The position numbers were made by a program, and so were the translations under genes. From NCBI GenBank assembly GCA_963747725.1, contig CAVVGD010000002.1:4424-68423 (forward strand): 64,000 bases of DNA, written 5' to 3'. Positions 1-8,227 of this stretch are shown here, in pieces. Under the pieces are notes generated by a model. That model was not told the origin of the DNA, did not search any database, and saw nothing but the letters and a program-made list of their open reading frames with translations. Each line of letters starts with the position of its first letter. Positions within the stretch are counted from its first letter, which is position 1. Source of the DNA: an uncultured Pseudomonadota bacterium. GTDB taxonomy: Bacteria > Pseudomonadota > Alphaproteobacteria > Rhizobiales > Xanthobacteraceae.

Positions 1-163
1 GCACAAACAACCGGTAGCGCACCGGCTTTTCGTGCGAGCGCTGCAGCGTCACGCCCTTGCACCCTTTGGCGCGCTTGAAGATCGGCACGGCTTTGGTGAC
101 CCCGGCTTCGAAGTCGGCTTCCTTGCCGGGCGTGACATCGATCTGGGCGATTTCGAGGATCAT
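1..163 (-). CDS. ABM (antibiotic biosynthesis monooxygenase, Dabb fold) family protein; 5' part only, runs off the window edge
   Basis: Reverse translation from the ATG at 163-161 gives MILEIAQIDVTPGKEADFEAGVTKAVPIFKRAKGCKGVTLQRSHEKPVRYRLFV. This looks like an ABM-domain N-terminus. It is absent from the ORF track because there is no stop inside the window. Confidence 0.5.
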   Translation of the reverse strand, partial: MILEIAQIDVTPGKEADFEAGVTKAVPIFKRAKGCKGVTLQRSHEKPVRYRLFV

Positions 164-411
164 AGGGACGGGCTTTCACGAATTGAGGAATGAAAAAGCG
201 CGGCATTATGGTCCGCGCACGCGAGCGTGAAAAGGGCGGGATGCTGCCCTCATCGCGTGCCGGGCGCGCGGAGTGCGTCGTAGATCGATTCGTTGGGGAT
301 TGGCGTCGCGGTGCCGTCGGGCGCAAAACGATGGGCCCAGACGATTCCGGCGGTGGGGGCGGCGTCGGCAAGGGCAGGAGTCGCCGTGGGGCGCTCTCTC
401 GCGGCGAGGAT

Positions 412-489
412 CTGGTGCGGTGAATTTGAAGTTCGTTGCATCATTTGCAGCGAGTCCGCAGACGAATTTCAAACCCGAAACCGCACTCG
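412..489. repeat. CTAGTG-hairpin family, degenerate copy (termini CTGGTG / CACTCG)
   Basis: Outer stem GTGCGGT (415-421) pairs with ACCGCAC (480-486). Inner stem GAATTTGAAGTTCG pairs with CGAATTTCAAAC with one G-T pair. There are extra unpaired bases including AAA on the 3' arm. Architecture matches 4155-4230. Confidence 0.6.
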
Positions 490-502
490 AATCATGAAGT
501 TG

Positions 503-578
503 CTAGTGTCCCTTTCGAATACGAAGTTCGTGCGGAGCAAGCTGATTAGTTTGACGGACTTCGGATTCGGGACACTAG
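503..578. repeat. CTAGTG-hairpin family copy (TTT bulge on the 5' arm)
   Basis: CTAGTGTCCC-TTTC-GAATACGAAGTTCG...loop...CGGACTTCGGATTC-GGGACACTAG. It starts 13 nt after the previous copy. Confidence 0.75.
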
Positions 579-630
579 GGCGAGGGAGTGCGCCGGTGTG
601 ATACAGGATGATGACAGCCGCCTTGCGTCG

Positions 631-2481
631 TCACTCCGCCGCCTGCTGCGGCGCGCCGGCGTCGATGAAGCCGCCGGACTGGCGCCGCCACAGCGCCGCG
701 TAATGGCCGCCCGCGCGCAGCAGGCTCGCGTGCGTTCCCTCTTCGACGATGCGGCCATGGTCGAGCACGACCAGCCGGTCCATCTGCGCGATGGTCGACA
801 GCCGGTGAGCGATGGCGATCACCGTCTTGCCGCGCATCAGCGCGCTCAAGCTTGATTGGATCGCCGCCTCCACCTCGCTGTCGAGAGCGGAGGTGGCCTC
901 ATCCAGCACCAGGATCGGCGCGTTCTTCAGGATCACGCGCGCTATGGCGATGCGCTGGCGCTGGCCACCGGAGAGCTTCACGCCGCGCTCGCCGACATGG
1001 GCGTCGTAGCCGCGCCGGCCGTGCAGGTCCTCGAGTTCATGGATGAACTCGTCCGCATGTGCCATGCGTGCGGCGACGACGATGTCGGCGTCGCTCGTCT
1101 CCGGCTTGCCGTAGCGGATGTTGTCGCGGATCGAGCGATGCAGGAGCGAAGTGTCCTGCGTCACCACCGAGATCTGCGAACGCAGGCTCTCCTGGGTCAC
1201 GTCGGCGATGTCCTGGCCGTCGATCAGGATGCGGCCGCCTTCCAAGTCGAAGAAGCGCAGCAGCAGATTGACCAGTGTCGACTTTCCGGCGCCGGAACGG
1301 CCGACCAGGCCGATCCGCTCGCCCGGCTTGACGGTGAGCGTCAATCCGTCGATCACGCCGCTCTCGCGGCCGTAGCCAAAGCGTACGTCCTCGAATTGGA
1401 CCTTGCCGCGGTTGACCTGCAAGGCTGCCGCGTCCGGCTTGTCGAGCAGCGTGTGCGGGCACGCGATGGTCAGCATGCCCTCCTGCACCACGCCGATGTT
1501 CTCGAAGATGCCGGTCACCTGCCAGGCTACCCAGCCGGAGGCGCTGACGATCTGTGTCGTCATCGGCAACGCCATCGCCACCACGCCGACCTCGACATGA
1601 CCGTAGCGCCACAGCGCGATGGCGAAGGCGCCCGTCGAGGTGATCAGCAGCGCGTTGAGCAGGGTCAGCGTCAACGCAAACAGCGTGTTGAGGCGCAGCG
1701 ACTTGTAGAAGAGGCCGGTGTGATGATCGACCGCCTCGCGCACATAGGCGTCCTCGTCCTGAGCGCGCGCGAACAGCTTGACGGTGACGATGTTGGTGTA
1801 GGTGTCGACAATGCGCCCGGTCAGCATCGAGCGCGCTTCCGACATCGTCTTCGAGCGGTCGCGCATGCGCGGCACGAACACGCGCAGCATCACCACATAG
1901 GCGACGAACCACGTCACGATCGGCAGTGCCAGCCAGGGATCGGCATGCGCGAGCAGGATCAATGCCGAGGTGCCGTAGACCAGGATGAACCAGACCGCGG
2001 TCAGCAACGCAACCAGGCTCTCGCGGATCGCCGGGCCGGTCTGCATGACGCGGGTGGCGATGCGGCCGGCGAAGTCGTTCTGGAAGAATGCCCAGGACTG
2101 GCGCACGACGTGCCAGTGGTTCTGCCAGCGAATGCGGTTCGACACATTCGCGGCGATCGCCTGATTCATCAATAGATGTTGAGTGACCAGGACTGCCGGG
2201 CGCAGCATCAGCAGCACGCCGGCCATGACAGCGAGCAACGGCCAATTTTCGGCCAAAAGGTCGGCGGGCTTGGTGGTGGTCACCAGCGTAACAATTCTGC
2301 CAATGAACACCGGAATGGTAATATCGAGCAGCGCTACGACAAAGCCGGCGGCGAACAGGCTTATGAACAAGCCTTTGGCCTGGCTCGCGAAATGCCAATA
2401 AAATGCGATGAGCCCGGCAGGCGGCGTGACGCCCTCCGGCAGCTCCGTCGGCTTCAGCCGTCGTTCGAACAGGCGGAACAT
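631..2481 (-). CDS. ABC transporter, fused permease/ATP-binding protein (exporter type, MsbA-like fold)
   Basis: 616-aa ORF with a hydrophobic N-terminal half. Walker A is GRSGAGKST, the signature is LSGGQRQR and Walker B is ILVLDEATSALD. Confidence 0.9.
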   Translation of the reverse strand: MFRLFERRLKPTELPEGVTPPAGLIAFYWHFASQAKGLFISLFAAGFVVALLDITIPVFIGRIVTLVTTTKPADLLAENWPLLAVMAGVLLMLRPAVLVTQHLLMNQAIAANVSNRIRWQNHWHVVRQSWAFFQNDFAGRIATRVMQTGPAIRESLVALLTAVWFILVYGTSALILLAHADPWLALPIVTWFVAYVVMLRVFVPRMRDRSKTMSEARSMLTGRIVDTYTNIVTVKLFARAQDEDAYVREAVDHHTGLFYKSLRLNTLFALTLTLLNALLITSTGAFAIALWRYGHVEVGVVAMALPMTTQIVSASGWVAWQVTGIFENIGVVQEGMLTIACPHTLLDKPDAAALQVNRGKVQFEDVRFGYGRESGVIDGLTLTVKPGERIGLVGRSGAGKSTLVNLLLRFFDLEGGRILIDGQDIADVTQESLRSQISVVTQDTSLLHRSIRDNIRYGKPETSDADIVVAARMAHADEFIHELEDLHGRRGYDAHVGERGVKLSGGQRQRIAIARVILKNAPILVLDEATSALDSEVEAAIQSSLSALMRGKTVIAIAHRLSTIAQMDRLVVLDHGRIVEEGTHASLLRAGGHYAALWRRQSGGFIDAGAPQQAAE

Positions 2482-2609
2482 GGTCGCCCCAGACAGCGAC
2501 GCGCGGCGCCCAAAGGCACCGCGCGCGGGTTAGACTCTCGACTATGAGATTGGCCGCTGTCTAGGCGGACATCGTGTCTTTAGCGTGGCGGGACCCGGCC
2601 CACCGATGC

Positions 2610-3308
2610 TCAGGCCATCGCGTAATTGCCGCGTCCGAAATAGCGGTCCTTGGCGTCCTCGGTCGCAGTATCGCGCATTGACTTGATCTGACCGATCTTC
2701 GCATAAGCGCGCTTGACCGCATCGCGCGCATTGAGCTTGTCCACCCAGGCTTTGACATGGGGCCGCTTCGATATGTCGATGCCGAGGAAGTCGGTGTTGC
2801 GCAGCCAGGGGAATGCCGCGATGTCGGCAATAGTGTACTCATCGCCGGCCACGTAAGCTCGGTCGGCCAGGCGCTGGTCGTAGATGTCAAATAGCTTGTT
2901 GACGACGGTGCGATAGCGGGCGACGCCGTAGTCGTTGCCGCCGGGTGCGAATTTGCTGAAGTGCACGTGCTGGCCGCACATCGGCCCGACATTGGCCATT
3001 TGCACCATCAGCCACTGGATCACGTCGTAGCGCTTGAGCGGATCGTGCGGGATGAACTTGCCAGTCTTCTCCGCAAGGTAAATCAGGATGGCGCCGGATT
3101 CGATCACAGTGTAGGGCCCACCGGCGGGACCGTCGCTATCAACGATGGCGGGGACTTTCTGCAGCGGATTGATCTTTGTGAATTCGGACGTGAATTGGTC
3201 GCCCTTCCACACATCGACAGGATGCATATTGTAAGGCAGTTCGCATTCTTCCAGCATGATGAAAATTTTTTGAACATTCGGGCTGGTTAGTGCGTAAAAC
3301 TCGATCAT
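2610..3308 (-). CDS. glutathione S-transferase family protein
   Basis: Starts at the internal Met (MIEFYALTSPNVQKIF...) of the 280-aa ORF. Shows a thioredoxin-like N-domain (KVPAIVD, ESGAILIYL) followed by a helical C-domain. Confidence 0.8.
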   Translation of the reverse strand: MIEFYALTSPNVQKIFIMLEECELPYNMHPVDVWKGDQFTSEFTKINPLQKVPAIVDSDGPAGGPYTVIESGAILIYLAEKTGKFIPHDPLKRYDVIQWLMVQMANVGPMCGQHVHFSKFAPGGNDYGVARYRTVVNKLFDIYDQRLADRAYVAGDEYTIADIAAFPWLRNTDFLGIDISKRPHVKAWVDKLNARDAVKRAYAKIGQIKSMRDTATEDAKDRYFGRGNYAMA

Positions 3309-3403
3309 GGGCCATCTCTTCTGAAAACACCGCAGGAAGCGCGGGCCGCCTTCTATAGACGAGGATGGCACGGCTTGTCGCGGTGGCTCACGCGATCTTG
3401 AAA

Positions 3404-3604
3404 TCAAATCACACGCCGCCTGTCGGGTTTGGCGGCCGCTTTTTTCAGGCAAGCGGGGCAGAGGCAGCCTTCCGCGATCGCTGCGGCATCGAGCGGCAGA
3501 CGGAAGCTTTCGTCAGCGCACCAGCAGCCGCCAGCCGGTCGGCATTCGAACTTGACGCCGCAGCGCGGGCAGACAAGCGGGCGGAGCGGTGTTGAATTGG
3601 GCAT
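3404..3604 (-). CDS. cysteine-rich CWC family small protein
   Basis: 66-aa ORF with CPRCG...C...GGCWCADE...CLCPAC cysteine spacing. Confidence 0.55.
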   Translation of the reverse strand: MPNSTPLRPLVCPRCGVKFECRPAGGCWCADESFRLPLDAAAIAEGCLCPACLKKAAAKPDRRRVI

Positions 3605-4000
3605 TGGCGGATCCGATGGCGGCGGTTCGACGCGTCATTCGGGGGCCGAATCGTGGCTTTGGCAAGCACCATCGGAATGCGTCTGAGCGCCGGAACCCGG
3701 GCTTCAAATCGCTCGATTCCTTGCCGAATTTTCCAGTCTGCTGCCAAGGGGAGAACGGATAGCTGCCGCCTCGCGACCCGTGGGGGGAACGCCCGCTGCA
3801 CGTTCCGTACGCCATACTCGGACACGCGCGCACGCTGCGTCGACAACGAGGCCGCCGCCCGGCCGGGCCACCGCGCGGCATCGCGATCTGCAAGAAAATG
3901 ACAGGCGCATCGTTCGGCGCGCCTCTTTCATCCTTTCAGCCGGAGGTAAGCCGCAGTAAAGCGGGCTGTCGCTCAATCGACCGGGAAAAGCAGAAAGCCG

Positions 4001-4050
4001 AAAAAAAATAAGCGGTCCCGGGGGAGCAGGGGTTGGCTGCGCGGGACCGC
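4001..4050 (-). terminator. rho-independent terminator on the minus strand with no upstream ORF
   Basis: Perfect 9-bp stem GCGGTCCCG (4012-4020) / CGGGACCGC (4042-4050) plus an inner GCAG/CTGC pair. On the minus strand it is followed by TTATTTTTTTT (A8 at 4001-4008 on plus). Confidence 0.6.
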
Positions 4051-4154
4051 AAAGGGGGCTTACGCGTTTACGCAACAGGAACTTGAACAAGTCTCAGGCT
4101 AGCGGACCGCTATGACGGCCGCGTGACACAGGCGCGCGGTCGTGGTGGATAATG

Positions 4155-4230
4155 CTAGTGGTCCGATTCCGACATTTGCATCCCGCTGCTGCAAGCTCCC
4201 GAGCAAATGTCGGAATCAAAGGACCACTAG
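4155..4230. repeat. CTAGTG-hairpin family copy (AAA bulge on the 3' arm)
   Basis: CTAGTGGTCC-GATTCCGACATTTGC-loop-GCAAATGTCGGAATC-AAA-GGACCACTAG. Both stems are perfect. Confidence 0.85.
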
Positions 4231-4243
4231 CAACTATTTGATT

Positions 4244-4320
4244 CTAGTGGAGCTTTGAATTTGAAATTTGATGGGCGGCTTGCCGCAAAAGGGTATCAAA
4301 TGTCAAATTCGCTCCACTAG
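4244..4320. repeat. CTAGTG-hairpin family copy (TTT bulge on the 5' arm)
   Basis: CTAGTGGAGC-TTT-GAATTTGAAATTTGAT-loop-ATCAAATGTCAAATTC-GCTCCACTAG. It starts 13 nt after the previous copy. Confidence 0.85.
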
Positions 4321-4381
4321 GATGTGAATCGTATCGATTTACCGCGCAACTTCTCAGGCCGCTTTACCCCGGACCTTTCCA

Positions 4382-5617
4382 ATGCCCGACGTCACCACTG
4401 CTATAGCCGTGGCGATTTTCGTCGCGACCTATGTGGTCGTCGCGCTCGGCAAAATTCCGGTCTATCGCATCGACCGTGCGGGTGCTGCGTTGTTGGGCGG
4501 CAGCCTGATGGTAGCCGCCGGCGTCCTGACATTGGATGAGGCCTATCGCGCGCTCGACCTCAACACTATCACACTGCTGCTCGGCATGATGATCGTAGTG
4601 GCGAATCTGCGAGTTTCGGGATTCTTCCGAATCGTCAACAGCTGGATCGCGGAGCACGTGCGCCATCCTTTCGGGCTATTGATCGCCGTGACATTGGCGA
4701 CCGGCCTTTTGTCCGCCTTCCTTGTCAACGATGCCATTTGCCTGGTGATGACGCCGTTGGTGCTGGAGGTGGTGCAGCGTTGGCGGCGCGACCCATTGCC
4801 TTATCTCCTGGCGGTTGCCATGGCTTCCAACATTGGCAGCGTCGCCACCATTACCGGCAATCCGCAGAACATCATTATCGGCAGCCTGTCGGGCATTCCC
4901 TATGTGACGTTCGCCGCGGCGCTGGCGCCGGTCGCGGCGTTCGGGTTGATCGTGACGGTGACGCTGATCGCGATTGTTTACCGGCGCGACTTCTTCACGC
5001 GCGCGGCGCTGCCGCCGGTGGAGATCGAGCGGCATTACCATAAGCCACTGGTAATCAAGACCGTGCTGGTCGTGGCGGCTATGATGGCGTTGTTCTTCAT
5101 CGGTCAACCGGTGGCGAAGGTGGCGATTGTCGGCGGCGCCTTCTTATTGCTCACCCGCCGCATCAGCCCGGCGAAGATTTACCGCGAGATCGACTGGCCG
5201 CTCCTGGTCATGTTCGTCGGTCTGTTTATCGTGGTGGCGGGGCTGGAGAAGACGGCGATCGATCCGCACTTGCCGACGCTCATGGGCGCGCTGCATTTTA
5301 ACAATAATGCGGTGCTCGGTGTTATCACCGCGGTACTGTCCAACATTGTCAGCAACGTACCGGCAGTGCTGGTGCTCAAGCCGTTCGTATCAGAGCTGCA
5401 CGATCCGCAGCGCGCCTGGCTGGTAGTGGCGATGACGGCGACGCTCGCCGGCAACTTCACACTGGTCGGCTCGATCGCCAATCTGATTGTGGCGCAGCGC
5501 GCCAAGGCGCGCGGCGTGGAGGTGCGGTTCTGGCCCTACTTTGTCATCGGCGCGCCGCTGACGGCGATCACGATCCTGGCCGGCCTGTTGTGGCTAGGCG
5601 CGGGGCCATTGCCGTAA
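4382..5617 (+). CDS. ArsB/NhaD-superfamily anion permease (SLC13/citrate-transporter-like membrane protein)
   Basis: 411-aa polytopic hydrophobic ORF. The N-terminus, AIAVAIFVATYVVVALGKIPVYRIDRAGAALLG, is typical of this family. Substrate unknown. Confidence 0.75.
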   Translation: MPDVTTAIAVAIFVATYVVVALGKIPVYRIDRAGAALLGGSLMVAAGVLTLDEAYRALDLNTITLLLGMMIVVANLRVSGFFRIVNSWIAEHVRHPFGLLIAVTLATGLLSAFLVNDAICLVMTPLVLEVVQRWRRDPLPYLLAVAMASNIGSVATITGNPQNIIIGSLSGIPYVTFAAALAPVAAFGLIVTVTLIAIVYRRDFFTRAALPPVEIERHYHKPLVIKTVLVVAAMMALFFIGQPVAKVAIVGGAFLLLTRRISPAKIYREIDWPLLVMFVGLFIVVAGLEKTAIDPHLPTLMGALHFNNNAVLGVITAVLSNIVSNVPAVLVLKPFVSELHDPQRAWLVVAMTATLAGNFTLVGSIANLIVAQRAKARGVEVRFWPYFVIGAPLTAITILAGLLWLGAGPLP

Positions 5618-5625
5618 ACTCATTC

Positions 5626-5746
5626 GTCATTCCGGGGCGCGGTCGAAGGCCGCGAACCCGGAATCCTTAACCCCTGTCATCGATTGAGCCAATACACCGG
5701 GCGTATGGATTCCGGGTCCGGCGCTAAAGCGCCGTCCCGGAATGAC
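5626..5746. repeat. REP-like palindromic element, GTCATTCCGG...CCGGAATGAC class (double unit)
   Basis: GTCATTCCGGGGCGCG...CCCGGAATCC // GGATTCCGGG...CGTCCCGGAATGAC. Lies between convergent genes. Confidence 0.85.
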
Positions 5747-5749
5747 AAC

Positions 5750-6874
5750 TCACTTCTTCGCCGGCGTGACCCTCAAAATCTGCCCGTTGGTCTCGTCGGT
5801 GAGCAGATACAACGCGCCGTCGGGACCCTGACGCACGTCGCGCATACGCTTGTTGAGGCCGTCAAGGATACGCTCTTCCTTCACGACTTTGTCGCCGTGG
5901 AGGGTCAGACGCGACACCAGCATGTATTTGAGTGCGCCGTTAAACAGGCTGCCCTTCCACTGCGGGAACAGGTCGCCGGTGTAGAAGGCCATGCCTGAAG
6001 GCGCGATCGACGGCGTCCAGTGCCATACGGGATCGACCATACCGGCATGATGCTGCTTGCCGGTGCCGACCGCCGTGCCGTCGTAATTGACGCCGAAGCT
6101 CACCACCGGCCAGCCGTAATTCTTGCCCTTTGCGATGATGTTGATCTCGTCGCCGCCCATCGGGCCGTGCTCCTGCTCCCACAATTGGCCGGTGGCGGGA
6201 TTGAGGGCGAGGCCTTCCGGATTGCGCACGCCATAGGCCCAGATCTCGGGCCGTGCGCCCTTCTTATTGACGAAGGGATTGTCGGATGGGATCGAGCCGT
6301 CGGGCCGGATGCGGATGATCTTGCCGATATCGTTGCTAAGAGACTGCGCCATCTCGGCGGTGAAGTGGTCGCCCTGGCTGGCGAACAGGTCGCCGTTTGC
6401 GGCCTGCACGATGCGGCAGCCGATGTTGTAGCCGCCGCCCGGCGCGCCGTGCTGGCGGAAGATGACATTTACGTCGGTGAGTCGCGGCGTCTTCTCCTCG
6501 AGCGCGGCGCGCGCGATGGCAATGCGGCCGCCGCCCCGGTAAGGCTCGACGTAGCTGAAGTAGACCGTGCGGTTTTGGGCAAAGCCGTGGTCAAGGATGA
6601 CATCCATGAGCCCGGCCTGGCTCTCGGCGAAGACCTTCGGCACGCCAGCGAGCGGTTTCGACAGCTTACCGTCGCGGCCGACGATGCGCATGCGGCCGGG
6701 CCGCTCGGTCACCAGCATGCGGCCGTCGGGCAGGAAGGCGAGCGACCAGGGATGCGCCAGGCCTTTGGCAATGGTGTCGACGGCAAGCGGGCCGGCGGAT
6801 GATGGATAAGTCTGCGCGGCGTCAGCGAAACCGGGCGCCAGCAGCAAGGCGGCAAGGAAGATGACCGTGCGCAT
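5750..6874 (-). CDS. PQQ-dependent sugar dehydrogenase (soluble aldose dehydrogenase, YliI-like), secreted
   Basis: Signal peptide MRTVIFLAALLLAPGFADA. Also GLAHPWSLAFLPDGRMLVTERPGRMRIV and beta-propeller-type repeats. Confidence 0.85.
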   Translation of the reverse strand: MRTVIFLAALLLAPGFADAAQTYPSSAGPLAVDTIAKGLAHPWSLAFLPDGRMLVTERPGRMRIVGRDGKLSKPLAGVPKVFAESQAGLMDVILDHGFAQNRTVYFSYVEPYRGGGRIAIARAALEEKTPRLTDVNVIFRQHGAPGGGYNIGCRIVQAANGDLFASQGDHFTAEMAQSLSNDIGKIIRIRPDGSIPSDNPFVNKKGARPEIWAYGVRNPEGLALNPATGQLWEQEHGPMGGDEINIIAKGKNYGWPVVSFGVNYDGTAVGTGKQHHAGMVDPVWHWTPSIAPSGMAFYTGDLFPQWKGSLFNGALKYMLVSRLTLHGDKVVKEERILDGLNKRMRDVRQGPDGALYLLTDETNGQILRVTPAKK

Positions 6875-6924
6875 GCCCGTCTCCGTGACGCCGGGTCAAC
6901 GGCGCGCGGCGCGCCCCGTTCCCG

Positions 6925-7212
6925 CTATCGGTTCTTGTGCTTATCGCCGGGCAGGGCCGAGATGCCCCCGAGACCGATGAAGATCAGGCCGAGCAGGAGG
7001 GCGATGCCGAACAGGCTGCCTTCGTGGCCGATGACGCCGTCCGCGACATTGGCATGGGCGATGCCGACCGATAGCACGGTGGCGACGATCAAGGTTGAGA
7101 GCACGAGCGCGGCGCCGGTGACCAGCTCGGCGACGGCGACGGTGCGGCGTTCACGGCCGAGCGTGTGCCCGGTCGGGGCCCGGAAGCCAGTGTTCTGAAG
7201 GTGCTTTTGCAT
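6925..7212 (-). CDS. small hypothetical membrane protein (two predicted TM helices)
   Basis: Starts at the internal Met (MQKHLQNTGF...) of the 133-aa ORF. Has two hydrophobic stretches. No family recognised. Confidence 0.4.
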   Translation of the reverse strand: MQKHLQNTGFRAPTGHTLGRERRTVAVAELVTGAALVLSTLIVATVLSVGIAHANVADGVIGHEGSLFGIALLLGLIFIGLGGISALPGDKHKNR

Positions 7213-7430
7213 GACAGAATCCTGCGAATCACTGTTCGCGATGAGGCCAGACTGGGAAGGGAACCCGGCATCGATCCGGCCCCATTGGGGCGCAGGTGGT
7301 AATGTTTGCGGGCGATTTCGTGACAAGGGTTAAGCAAACGTTAACGTGCCGCGCGGAGCGCCGTTGGCTATCCCCCTGTGAGGTGTCGCTTTTTAGCCTC
7401 TTTGGCAGAAGAGGGCCGGGCGATTGCGAA

Positions 7431-8064
7431 CTATTGCGCCGCCTCCAGTGCGTCGGGCTGCCCGTCCATCGCCACGTGGCCCGGCTCGGCGGCCACGCGC
7501 GCGAGCCAGCTGCGGATCGCAGGATAGCGCGCGAGGTCGAAATCGCACTGCTCGGCGACATGCGTGTAAGCGTAAAGTGCGATGTCGGCGATGGTGTAGC
7601 GGCCGTCGACGAAGAAGCGATGGCGCGCGAGATGGGCCTCCATCACCGCGAGCGCGTGATAGCCGTTCTCCATCCAGTCATCGAGCGCGTGGCGTTGCAG
7701 GTCGCGGCCACCCTTGATCAGCGCAAGCCAGAAATAGGCGGCTCCGATGTTCGGCTCCAGGCTGTGCTGCTCGAAGAACATCCACTGCAGCGCTTCGGCG
7801 CGCGCGATGCGATCATCGGGCGCCAGCGGCGTGCCGCCTGCGACGTACCAAAGGATGGCGTTGGACTCGGCGATGTATCGATCGGGCGCGACTTCCAAGA
7901 GTGGGATTTGCCCGTTCGGATTCTTGACGAGAAATTCCGGCGTTCGAACTCTCGCCCCGCAAGATGTCGACTTCGACCATGCGGTAGTCGAGTCCGAGAT
8001 GCGCCAGCGCAAGGCGGACCTTGTAGCTGTTGCCCGACCGCTGCATCGAATAAAGCGTGTACAT
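7431..8064 (-). pseudogene. glutathione S-transferase, interrupted by a +1 frameshift near 7947
   Basis: The N-terminal part, MYTLYSMQRSGNSYKVRLALAHLGLDYRMVEVDILRGES, is in the frame of ORF 7813..8097. The continuation, RTPEFLVKNPNGQIPLLEV...ARVAAEPGHVAM, is in the frame of ORF 7431..8915. Deleting one base at GAGAGT-T-CGAACG restores GESRTPEF. Confidence 0.75.
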
Positions 8065-8227
8065 AGTAGCTTCCCTCGAACACGCCCGCGATTCCATTGA
8101 ACATTATATGTTTGTTTGAGCGGCGAGTCCGGCAAGAGAATGGCCTGGGCATGACAAAACATGCTGTTCCGCAACTCGCCTATTTTCCGGAAGAAACGCG
8201 CTACGAATACGAAGAACGGGATACGTT

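Noticed and set aside
250-444. 64-aa minus-strand ORF whose segment AGIVWAHRFAPDGTATPIPNESIYDALRAPG faintly resembles the N-terminus of CorA/ZntB-type transporters.
   Set aside because: It is too short. No continuation appears in any frame downstream, and I cannot verify the resemblance without a search. At best it is a gene remnant, so I did not call it.
856-2175. 439-aa plus-strand ORF, plus a 453-aa minus-strand ORF at 1037..2398, overlapping the ABC exporter gene.
   Set aside because: These are shadow ORFs opposite or out of frame with a gene that has clear ABC motifs. Their composition is Arg/Ala/Gly/His/Asp-rich and low in complexity, as expected for alternative frames in GC-rich DNA.
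3605-4381. Several 60-130 aa ORFs in the long intergenic region, for example 3445..3846, 3513..3893 and 3704..4090.
   Set aside because: They mutually overlap in different frames, are Arg/Pro/Ala-rich, and have no ribosome-binding sites or family resemblance. I treat the region as non-coding, containing repeats and a possible sRNA.
7385-7430. Hairpin GCCTCTT-TGGCAG-AAGAGGC after the GST stop as a terminator.
   Set aside because: On the transcribed minus strand it is followed by CUAAAAAG rather than a U-tract. On the plus strand no gene reads into it.
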